NCBI GenBank assembly: GCA_009859145.1
Contig: VRVR01000030.1
Location: 53,097 to 117,096 of the forward strand
Source of the DNA: Andalucia godoyi And28
Lineage: Eukaryota > Protista > Jakobida
Direction: 5' to 3'
DNA length: 64,000 nt
The translations under genes were made by a program, and so were the position numbers. Every line of letters begins with the position of its first letter. Position 1 is the first letter of the stretch. The notes beneath the pieces are model-generated. The model did no database searches and had not been told where the DNA came from. It saw only the letters and a program-made list of their open reading frames with translations. Positions 1 through 8,996 of the stretch are shown here, piece by piece.

Positions 1-218
1 TACTCATTCTTTTTTCTTCTTCTCCTATTGCTGAATTTCATTTTTGAGGTCGCAACCGACCTTCAGGGCACTAGTTCGCTAGGCCGGTGGTTTCTAGGAA
101 GATCAGAGAAATCTAATCACCTTCATGCACTCGAGGGTGAGGGGGAGTTAGGACAAAAAATTAATTTAATTTTGTTTTTTAAAAAATATAAAATAATAAA
201 ATTAATGAATGAATGAAT

Positions 219-2048
219 TCAAAACTGAGCCAGAATAAATATCGTCAGCAATGCAAAAATGACTGTTGGAGACATTAAGATCGTCGAAGCCGATACCCAG
301 AAAGGAGACGGCACGTCGTGATCGTCATCGTCGGTGGTCACATCGACAGGGGCGCCGCTAACCAAACCCTTGATGAAGCGGTACATCTGAAACGGTGCAT
401 GAATGACTCGTCGAAGCCACTTGTTTTGCGATTGTTCTTCATTGATGTCGTCGGCGATGGCGACGGACATCGCCTTGTCCGAGATTGGAACGGACTTTTC
501 AGAGCGAAAATCGATGAGACCGTCCGCAGAGACTGGAATTGCAGAAACACGATGCTTGTGGGAAAAGTCTACGATCAGGAGGTTTGTAGAGGAATAAACA
601 TTCGACGGCAGCGGCAAGAAGGAATAATACAATTTCGCACCGGGCCATCCAATTCCACAGGTGATGCTTGCGGGAAACAGTGACAGAAATCTACGATTTT
701 TTGAACTGTCGCATGAACTGGCCAAGAATAGCGGAATTTGTCGTTTTTGCGACACCCGAAGAGCTTCAGCAAGCAGAGCCCATTGAGAAGAAGCAGAGAG
801 GACAGAGTCTATTATATCCGTGAGAAGAATCATCATTCGACCGCGCTTCCGAGCAGCAGCTTCCACAGACTGCTCCGAGAGCGGCTGAATCAACGAAACA
901 GATGCACGCGCTAAGACAAGGTCCAGTCCAGAGGCTTGCTTTGGAAACTGTGTGTGAACGCAGCCCAAATCACGGACTGAGACATTTGACCCAAAAGCAT
1001 AACACGGGTACAGATAAATAACGGAAACTGGTGTTCGATGCTGTTCCAGCTCGGATGGAAGAGGAATCAGCGATCGCAGCGAACTGTACAGCTTTGCACT
1101 TGACAGCACTTCCTTTCGGACATACACCACCTTTTCGGAGTACATGAATGCTGCAATGTACTCGGAAACTGCAATTTGGCTTCGCGTCGACCCCGTTACC
1201 ACAAGGCTCTTCTTGTGAGCGTTCGCATCCCGGATTGCATGGGCCACGTCAAGATACACAAACGATCGAAGAGCGTTCGCCACGCAGTCCTTGACGAACC
1301 GATCATCGGGGAACACCGGATACAACACAGTGCACAACTCGGGAACCTTGAAGTCTCCGCCTAGGAACACGGATGCAAAAGGAGTCGAAGGAACCTTTCG
1401 CATTGCAGCCAGCTCGGACCACTCGCGATAGTCCAGTAGTTGCAGGTGGAAGAACTTCATATGCGGAACATCCTTGAACAGTCGCGCAACCGCATCCCAA
1501 TGCTGCACAATCTGCGACCACATCATGGGCGGAATAAGTCCCGGAAACGTGGCAATGAAAAAGACAACGCTATCCGACGAGGCGAACGTCAATGCAGATG
1601 CAGTAGACGAAACCGTTGAATACCGCACATCGACACTTGGAAAGCTCTGCTGTGCATTCGATGCTGACGATCTGAAAAACGCATTCCCATGCCCAAAAGG
1701 CCAGCGGAAAGACTGGTGAGGGTGGGTATAGAAACTTTCGTGCTGTGACGATGACGACTTGAACGACGGATTGTCGTAGTCTCTTCGCTTCGATTCATCC
1801 GACAAGGTTTCATATGCTTCGACGATTAATTGGTACTTCTTTTTGAAGTTCTCCTTGTGCCTGTGATCCTGCACGCGGTCGGGATGGTACTTCAAAGACA
1901 GCGCACGAAACGCCCTCTTGATCTGTGCCGGTGTCGCGCTCTTCGACACTCCAAGAACGGCGTAATAATCATCGGAACCAATCGCGCATCCAGCAAACAC
2001 GCTCAAAACAATCAGAAAAACACACAGAACCGCACGAAATCGAATCAT
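219..2048 (-). CDS. ER-type DnaJ/J-domain protein with signal peptide and C-terminal membrane anchor (DNAJC16/ERdj-like architecture)
   Basis: ATG at 2048 (MIRFRAVLCVFLIVLSVFAGCAIG, hydrophobic signal peptide), then a J-domain DYYAVLGVSKSATPAQIKRAFRALSLKYHPDR...YETLSD with the HPD motif; hydrophobic C-terminus; TGA at 219-221. The ORF-track start at 2096 is a GTG. Confidence 0.85.
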   Translation of the reverse strand: MIRFRAVLCVFLIVLSVFAGCAIGSDDYYAVLGVSKSATPAQIKRAFRALSLKYHPDRVQDHRHKENFKKKYQLIVEAYETLSDESKRRDYDNPSFKSSSSQHESFYTHPHQSFRWPFGHGNAFFRSSASNAQQSFPSVDVRYSTVSSTASALTFASSDSVVFFIATFPGLIPPMMWSQIVQHWDAVARLFKDVPHMKFFHLQLLDYREWSELAAMRKVPSTPFASVFLGGDFKVPELCTVLYPVFPDDRFVKDCVANALRSFVYLDVAHAIRDANAHKKSLVVTGSTRSQIAVSEYIAAFMYSEKVVYVRKEVLSSAKLYSSLRSLIPLPSELEQHRTPVSVIYLYPCYAFGSNVSVRDLGCVHTQFPKQASGLDLVLARASVSLIQPLSEQSVEAAARKRGRMMILLTDIIDSVLSASSQWALLAEALRVSQKRQIPLFLASSCDSSKNRRFLSLFPASITCGIGWPGAKLYYSFLPLPSNVYSSTNLLIVDFSHKHRVSAIPVSADGLIDFRSEKSVPISDKAMSVAIADDINEEQSQNKWLRRVIHAPFQMYRFIKGLVSGAPVDVTTDDDDHDVPSPFWVSASTILMSPTVIFALLTIFILAQF

Positions 2049-2886
2049 TTCCTTTCCATACCGCGCTTGTAGACTCGCACCCACCCACTCACTCACTCAC
2101 CTTGCTTACTTGCTCGCTTACTTGTATCCAAGCATCCCGCGACCGTCCATACGAGATTGCTTTTTCGGGGGGGAGGGGGGAGGACGGGAAACACGAGTAT
2201 CGCTGCGGGATCACGCCGAGAATGCCAGACACGTCACACGCCTCAATTGATCTTGATATGGCCTGAATACAGCAGTTAGGCTGTCCGAATTCCGAAAAAA
2301 GCAAATCCATTGTCTGACTCGGAAATACTAACAGGGATTCTGGGGTCTGGAACGGATTTGACGGAAAGCAAAACGCATAAGAATTTGAATGTTTTTGCTT
2401 CGAGATTGGGAAAGGAAGTGAGGAACGTAGCAAAAACAATCCATAGAACTGCGACTGTTGTTGTCCATTTTATTTTGCTTTTTTCTGTTTTTTTTTTTTT
2501 TTTTTTTTTTTGTAGGCAGACAATCTGCTTGTACGTGGCCCTGAGCTGCCCGATGGAGAGGATCGGGGCGTGTGCAGAATCCATGGGAGTGCGATGACAG
2601 AATCACCCCCTGCTGTTCCCCCTTTTAAAAAGACATTGACGGATCTGCCCGTCCGTTGGAGTGGGAAAACAAACACCAAGGGGGAGGAAAAAACATCATA
2701 TTCACTGATCCAACTCATACGCATACATATACAGCGAGTGTTCATTATTTGCATTCGCTTAATGCATTTCATCTCAGACCGCTCCACACACATTGATAGC
2801 TTCTTTTGGGTTTTGTAAGATAGTGTCTCTGTTTTCTCTTTTCATTTTATTTATTTTTTCCCTGCCCCGCTGCTTCCTTGCCGCGA

Positions 2887-5775
2887 ATGATTCCGCAGAT
2901 GCTGGCTTCAGTGTTGGTGGTTGCGTGCTTATCGATGATTTGCATTGTGCGTGCGACTGCTCCGAGCTGGGGAAATGGGAATCCCGGAACATCCGTTTCG
3001 ACTCTTGGCTCGGCATCCTTGCGCTCGACGGGGACTACGGGTTTTGTAGCGGCAACCAATCCAACGTCGTCCAAGCTGGTCGTCGTGTATCTCGTGAAAA
3101 CCTCCTCATTCTCTTCCTATTCTGCAGCTGTCTTCAATCGAAATGCGTCGGCAACCATATTTGAATCCACGCCGCTTCTTTCTTTTCCCATTACAACGTC
3201 CGCGGACGGGGATACGATCGATCCAGATTCCATGGGTGTAACTGTCTTTTCGGATGATTCGTTTGTGTTTTGGACCAGTATCGGATCGAACATTCGATGG
3301 GCTTCTGTTTCGTTTTCGGCGTCCACATCCACATTTTCAGTTGCGAACACATACGTTGTTTCGAATACTGCTCATGTCTATTATGCAGAGCGCCAGGTGC
3401 TGTTGCCTGATTGCGTTTTGATTCCTACCAATCGTGGCCTGTCCAGTTCATTGTACGAGGGTCTGACTATTGTTCCACGGAATATTACTTCAAACATGCT
3501 CATGCCCTCGTCCAACGTCACATATGGCATCACTGCCGGCGATCGGAAGCCGTGCACCGACAACGTCAACCCCGCAAATGCTTTGTATCAGTACGCTTTT
3601 GCTGCGACGACGACACATCTGTACTTTCTCTGCGGTGTTTGTGCTGGGTCTTCTGTGCCGCAGTGCTCCGGAACGTACAATCTAAGTTTCGTCGTTCGGG
3701 TATTTCGTCGACTGGCCACTGTGACGTCTTACGACTTTACAACGATCGTCCAAACTGTCCCCTTGAACATTGGTATGTCGATCAGCACTGCCCAGGGTAC
3801 ATCCTCTGCTGGCGAGATATTCATGAACAGCAACTGGCTAGGCGTCTACGTGAAGGCTGCGGCGAGTTCAACCTACCAATCCAGCGTGTTTGTCTACAAC
3901 TTCGTTGCAAATCCCAATGCTCCGCTGCAAACGGCGCCTTCCCCGGTCCTGTCAAACAGCATCATTTCGCTGGCGTCCGATGAATCCACAAACGCCCCGG
4001 ACTCGTTTTCTTTCGGAGAAAAGTATCTTGCGTTTCGGGTGAATCTGCAGAAAACGGCAGTGTTTTTGTACGCCAACTCTGCATTCCCTGCACTGGTTCC
4101 TATGAATCGGAACACGTATTTGAATCCTTCTATTCTTTCCAGTGGAGCAACTGGAGACACTCCCGCGGTGAAGCTGCAGGGCGACCAGGCCTTTGGTGTC
4201 ACCTATTACTATTCTACGGATTCCGCAAGCAATCGCTTGGCTGTTTTTGGCCCCAGCGTATGCCCTCCCGGAAACTCGCTGTCGGGAACGAATGTTTCCA
4301 ACTACGATTGCACAGCCTGCAGCCGAGGAACCTTCAACACGATTGGGTCTACCACGTGCACTCTGTGTCCAGGAGCGCTTCAGTATGCTCCAAACGTCGG
4401 CACTACGAGCTGCGGCAACTGTCCTCCGGGTCACGTGGCGACGGCAAATCGTACGGCGTGTACGCCTTGCGAACCGGGAACATCATTGAATACAGTATCT
4501 GGAGTCTGTGTGCGGTGTGACGCAGGCTATTCGCAAGCATTGTATGGTCAGGAAAACTGCCAGGCATGTGCTGCAGGATATTACCAGTCTCGAAATGGAG
4601 CGACGAATTGCTCTGCATGCCCTGCTGGAACGTACAATTCAGAGACCGCAAAGAGCAGCTGCACCCGATGTGAATCTGGATACTACCAGAACAGCACCGC
4701 AAAGACGTCCGTGAACGACTGTTCGCCTTGTGAACTTGGCTACTATACCCCCGTATCGTCCTCTGCGTCGTGTACGGCATGCGCTGCCGGGACGTATGCC
4801 GACCGACTTGGGCTGACGTCTTGTTTCCAGTGCGAGGTAGGGACCTATCAGCCGCTGACTGCGCAAGTTTCGTCTTTTGCGTGTAACGTATGTCCGCTTG
4901 GCACCTATGGAGCTGCATCTGGATCGGCAAAGTGTCTAAGGTGCGCATCTGGAACGTATGCGGATTCCACCGGATCCACGTCGTGCAAGACGTGCCCGAC
5001 AGACTACCGCAATACTGCAACCGGTCTGACGTCCTCGAGCGCCTGCGACGCTCCAGATTCAAACAAAATCATGCTGTATTCGCTTGCGGTCGGTGCGTTC
5101 ACGTCACTGACACTGGCTTTTCTGGGACTGATCTTCAATCGGTACTTCATCGGAATCAAGTTGGTGTTTTATCGATGGAAAGTTCGGCGCATCCAGAAGC
5201 GAATTCATATTTACAAACAGTACGTAGCGACCCATGAAGTGCCGGCCCATGTCTTTTCGGACATTGGCATCATCTCGATTTCCGATGATCCCTCCGATGG
5301 CGCGAATGCCAACAAAGCAAAAGATACCAAAGCACCGTCTTCACAGAACTCTGTCAAGAATTCTCATCGAGTGTATCCCAATGCTCCCCCCATGCAAAGT
5401 GAATCGATGCCACAACAAGATTCGAATTTGTCTGCCTCTCCTGTTGATAATCAACAAGTGGGTGTGTATGCTGGACTGCCTCTGGACAACGTGGCCATCG
5501 ACGCTGCAGAAAGCAATGTCTTTTGCCCCCAGACTCCCTTGGAGCGTGCAGAAGAGTATCTCGACGAACATGCGAAGCACGTTCGACTGCTGGAATTCCA
5601 GAACTTTACTCAAATGCTTTCCCGTGACCATCGCCCTCTCCTCTCGACCTGCATTTCCGTCTTTTTGTTTCTCGGACTCATTGGTTCGATTGTCGGTCTT
5701 GTCGTCTTTTCCGTTCTACTAGGTCGAGAAAACTCTACATTCTCGAGCAACGCCTCTTCTTCTACCGAAGTCTAA
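2887..5775 (+). CDS. Cys-rich cell-surface protein (ephrin-receptor-like/GCC2-GCC3 CxxC repeats) with signal peptide and two TM segments; paralog A
   Basis: ATG 2887, signal peptide, about 450-aa Ser/Thr-rich beta-strand region, repeated CxxCxxGxY...C units (e.g. CQACAAGYYQSRNGATNCSACPAGTY), TM1 LAVGAFTSLTLAFLGLIF, TM2 CISVFLFLGLIGSIVGLVVFSVLL. Confidence 0.85.
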   Translation: MIPQMLASVLVVACLSMICIVRATAPSWGNGNPGTSVSTLGSASLRSTGTTGFVAATNPTSSKLVVVYLVKTSSFSSYSAAVFNRNASATIFESTPLLSFPITTSADGDTIDPDSMGVTVFSDDSFVFWTSIGSNIRWASVSFSASTSTFSVANTYVVSNTAHVYYAERQVLLPDCVLIPTNRGLSSSLYEGLTIVPRNITSNMLMPSSNVTYGITAGDRKPCTDNVNPANALYQYAFAATTTHLYFLCGVCAGSSVPQCSGTYNLSFVVRVFRRLATVTSYDFTTIVQTVPLNIGMSISTAQGTSSAGEIFMNSNWLGVYVKAAASSTYQSSVFVYNFVANPNAPLQTAPSPVLSNSIISLASDESTNAPDSFSFGEKYLAFRVNLQKTAVFLYANSAFPALVPMNRNTYLNPSILSSGATGDTPAVKLQGDQAFGVTYYYSTDSASNRLAVFGPSVCPPGNSLSGTNVSNYDCTACSRGTFNTIGSTTCTLCPGALQYAPNVGTTSCGNCPPGHVATANRTACTPCEPGTSLNTVSGVCVRCDAGYSQALYGQENCQACAAGYYQSRNGATNCSACPAGTYNSETAKSSCTRCESGYYQNSTAKTSVNDCSPCELGYYTPVSSSASCTACAAGTYADRLGLTSCFQCEVGTYQPLTAQVSSFACNVCPLGTYGAASGSAKCLRCASGTYADSTGSTSCKTCPTDYRNTATGLTSSSACDAPDSNKIMLYSLAVGAFTSLTLAFLGLIFNRYFIGIKLVFYRWKVRRIQKRIHIYKQYVATHEVPAHVFSDIGIISISDDPSDGANANKAKDTKAPSSQNSVKNSHRVYPNAPPMQSESMPQQDSNLSASPVDNQQVGVYAGLPLDNVAIDAAESNVFCPQTPLERAEEYLDEHAKHVRLLEFQNFTQMLSRDHRPLLSTCISVFLFLGLIGSIVGLVVFSVLLGRENSTFSSNASSSTEV

Positions 5776-6387
5776 CGCCATTGTAAACCTGTTTATGAAC
5801 TGAAAACATTGCATATGAAGAGCAAATACGCACATTCAGCTCGTGGGTTTGAATACGATTTCCTTTTCCAACGTGGAATTGGACAATGGACGAAACGCTG
5901 CGTTTTATGAAACGGGTGCAGAGATGGAAAAACAATGGCACTTCTGGGCCGTGCGATATGATCTGTTCGGGGGCACGGTGGACGTGTTTCCGAAGTCCAG
6001 CCGCTGGTCACCCAGGGTCGCCGGAATCATCTGCGCATAGATGCACCCACCTTCTGTAGTGGTTCGTAGATCCTGGAGACTTGAGGCTACGATCCCAAAA
6101 CGTTTTTTTTTTATTTTAAAATTTCCATCTAATTTGTGGAGTCGTTCGAATCTCTCCTATTCGAAAAGGATTTCATACAAATTTTATTCACGTTTCGTTG
6201 TTCGCTTCTCTTGTTTTCTGTTTCTTGTTTTTTTTTCCCCCGCATCCTTCGCAATCACGCTTACAACAATAATCTCGGACTCTCGTAATTTGCATTACAC
6301 GATAGCGAACTGAGGTAATTGACTTTATTGGGTTTCCCATATTAGTATATACATATATATTGGCATTCTTCTTCGTGTCTGACAAAG

Positions 6388-7671
6388 ATGGGATCGGTGG
6401 TGCGGAACGTGTCGTCGTTTTGGAGCTCGACGCGTCATTCGCTGACTGAGAAGGTGTCGCATGCAGACATGTCTGCATTCTTGTCGAACACTTGGAAGTC
6501 GGCCATCCAGGTTGTCCATGATTGCAAATCTCGCATTAACACGAACAACACTCCCAGCAATGTGCGCGGTGGACATACGAGCGCAGAAGTCTTTTCCACG
6601 AGCGGTCGGCAAGCGCAGGAGACCGAGGCAGATCCTATGAGGAGTTATGAGATGGATGGCGTTGGTTCGGGCTCGGGCTCGGGCTCCGGGTCCGAGTCTG
6701 TGAATGCAAGCGTGAATCGCTTGAAGAACTGGAACGTGATTGCGGAACGAGTGTCCAATTATGTGAAGCCGCTGACAGAGATTGATCTCAAGGCTCATGT
6801 TTCGTGGATCCAGTCGTCGATTGCGTCGATTCCAACATCTGCCGTTTTGCCGGATCTGTTTGCAAAGGACGGGAGTCGCAACAGTGTTATGGACCGCATT
6901 TTCCAAAATGTGGGGCATATTAGCAACAGCAGCAGCAGCGTTGGAATTGGGCAAAAGGACCAGACAGGATTGGACGGCATTGTGGATTCGTTCCGCACGC
7001 ACATGTCCACGTTAAAGTCGTCAATGACTGGGCCTTTGGCTCCCGTGGATGGCATTGTGCGAAATTTGCACAGGCTGTACTCGGGCGTCACGTCAGAGCA
7101 CCTGCATGCCGTCCGCGATCTTCCGGACCTGGTGAACGGAGGCGACTTGCTCGTCTTTGTAGGGAAACGTGCGCTTGTTCTTGATTCATTCTACTCCTAC
7201 ATTTCTCCACACTTGAAACGGATTCATGCTGAGCATGTGGGGATCAAGATTGTGATCGTCCCTGAGCCTGGAGATTCCAAGGTGAAGTCTGTTATTTTTG
7301 ATTTTGTCCCAAAGGGCGACGGCGACTTTTCCAAATTTACCGATTCCGAAAGTCTCATTCAAAAGAACAAGGTGGAGTTTGAGGAATGGGCATTTGTAGG
7401 TGCCTCGCAGCGGTCTCTTCGAGAAGTGCATACTTTCAATCGCAAGTATGCGCGGCTTCAGGAGTATTCTCTCGGCAAATCAGACTGCAGAGACTATGCA
7501 TCTGCTCTTGTGCAGTTTCTGACTGCGGAAAAGTTGGCCCCGGAACACGTTGCTGGGTACATTAACAAGGCTAAGAGCCTCCAGCAAAGAGATCCGGAAG
7601 CGTGGCAATCTGCAGTAGCATCGCAAGTTGTTCGGCAACAATCTCTGCAGAAATCGAGGGTTGCTGCATAG
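6388..7671 (+). CDS. Protein with Ser-rich N-terminus and C-terminal permuted papain-like (PPPDE/LRAT-type) domain
   Basis: 427-aa ORF from ATG; EHVGIKIV...IFDFVP and YSLGKSDCRDYASAL resemble the His strand and the YxLxxxNCxxF nucleophile helix of permuted NlpC/P60 enzymes. Confidence 0.6.
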   Translation: MGSVVRNVSSFWSSTRHSLTEKVSHADMSAFLSNTWKSAIQVVHDCKSRINTNNTPSNVRGGHTSAEVFSTSGRQAQETEADPMRSYEMDGVGSGSGSGSGSESVNASVNRLKNWNVIAERVSNYVKPLTEIDLKAHVSWIQSSIASIPTSAVLPDLFAKDGSRNSVMDRIFQNVGHISNSSSSVGIGQKDQTGLDGIVDSFRTHMSTLKSSMTGPLAPVDGIVRNLHRLYSGVTSEHLHAVRDLPDLVNGGDLLVFVGKRALVLDSFYSYISPHLKRIHAEHVGIKIVIVPEPGDSKVKSVIFDFVPKGDGDFSKFTDSESLIQKNKVEFEEWAFVGASQRSLREVHTFNRKYARLQEYSLGKSDCRDYASALVQFLTAEKLAPEHVAGYINKAKSLQQRDPEAWQSAVASQVVRQQSLQKSRVAA

Positions 7672-7961
7672 AACATAACGCCAGGCATTACCGTACGATC
7701 CTTTTGTTCTCCTTGCCAATGTAAACTCTCTTGTTGTTGTTGTTGTAATTGTTGTTGCTGCTGCTGCTGTTTTCCTTCAAATTTCTGTTTTTGCGTGTAC
7801 GGGCCGGTATTTGTACTGTTTTTCTGGTCCTTGTTAGTTGTGTTGTCATTGTGCTTGGTTACTAGAGATGACTGCATCCATGTTCTGCAGCAGCGGCAGC
7901 AGATATCCCTGCGCTTTCATCTTATTTATTTATTTTTGGATCACCGTCGTCACCATTCAGT

Positions 7962-8576
7962 TCAAAAAAAGTGCGGAGACGCTCTCACAAACAGCGCCGT
8001 CGTGATAACATTCCATGAAAAGAACCCAAACATCCGGAGAGAGAAGCCAGAAGTGTTGACCGTCGGGTCGACGGCGCGAATTTTCGCAAGCGAGGCATTG
8101 TCGCATTTTCCAGTACAGTCTCGAAGGCTAAACTGAACAGAAGGATGATGCTGGGGCCATCCCCCGGAAGAATCGCATGGACGATCGCCGTGATGACGAT
8201 GCGGCAAAAACGAATCGTTGCGATCTCCAGTTGTGGACAACAAGGGAAACTCGGAAACATGAGTCGTGGTTGTGGCTGTCGGTATGATCAATGCCGGCGG
8301 TGCACTCGGGAAGGTATGCATAGACGAAGTACGGTCTCGAAATTGTTCTATGCGCAGCGAATGCTCGACTGAACTGCGTTGCTTCTCGTTCACGAAAAGG
8401 ACATCCGAATATGAGAAATTCAACGGGCCTTCGAGAAGCACACGATGCTCATCGGACGTGTGCAAGAACCGGAAAATGCACAGCGCAATCACCGCATAAT
8501 AAAGACCAATCAGCACAACGGACATGATACTTCTCCGAACGAAAAACGCAGGAACGAGCACCAGCGATAGCAACAT
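7962..8576 (-). CDS. Hypothetical membrane protein
   Basis: 204-aa ATG-initiated ORF with hydrophobic N-terminus, filling the space between genes; no recognisable domain. Confidence 0.35.
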   Translation of the reverse strand: MLLSLVLVPAFFVRRSIMSVVLIGLYYAVIALCIFRFLHTSDEHRVLLEGPLNFSYSDVLFVNEKQRSSVEHSLRIEQFRDRTSSMHTFPSAPPALIIPTATTTTHVSEFPLLSTTGDRNDSFLPHRHHGDRPCDSSGGWPQHHPSVQFSLRDCTGKCDNASLAKIRAVDPTVNTSGFSLRMFGFFSWNVITTALFVRASPHFF

Positions 8577-8996
8577 TCTTTTATGCGTGTTGTTTTCTTC
8601 TTTTCTTTCCTATTTCAGAATCCAAAGAATAGAAAAGAGTAGAACAGATTTCCAGAAGACGACTGAAGAATGAAGAAGACAGTATGTATGAGAAACGTGC
8701 TGTTTGCTGGAGACACGAACTTTTTGCTTTTCTTTTCTTTTCCTTTTCTTTTTCCCGCTCTTTTCTCTCGCCCATCAGAAGAAATTACGACGGGCACAAA
8801 CTCGCAAGGCTCTGCGACATTTCCCCATTTGGCCTCTCTGTATTCCCATTCAACAATGGTCAGTTATTCAAACCTCGCAATAGGCAATAAGCAACAGCAA
8901 ATTCCGTTTTTGGTTTCCTTTTGTTTCCTCATTCCTCGTTCCTCATTCCTCATTCTTTTGTGGCCGCAAGCACACGCACAGTACTAATAGACTGCC

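Noticed and set aside
5790-6110. Coding-looking, moderately GC-rich stretch with several 60-70 aa ORFs and an in-frame TGA on the minus strand (possible selenoprotein or pseudogene)
   Set aside because: No recognisable motif in any frame, no CxxU-type context and no SECIS.
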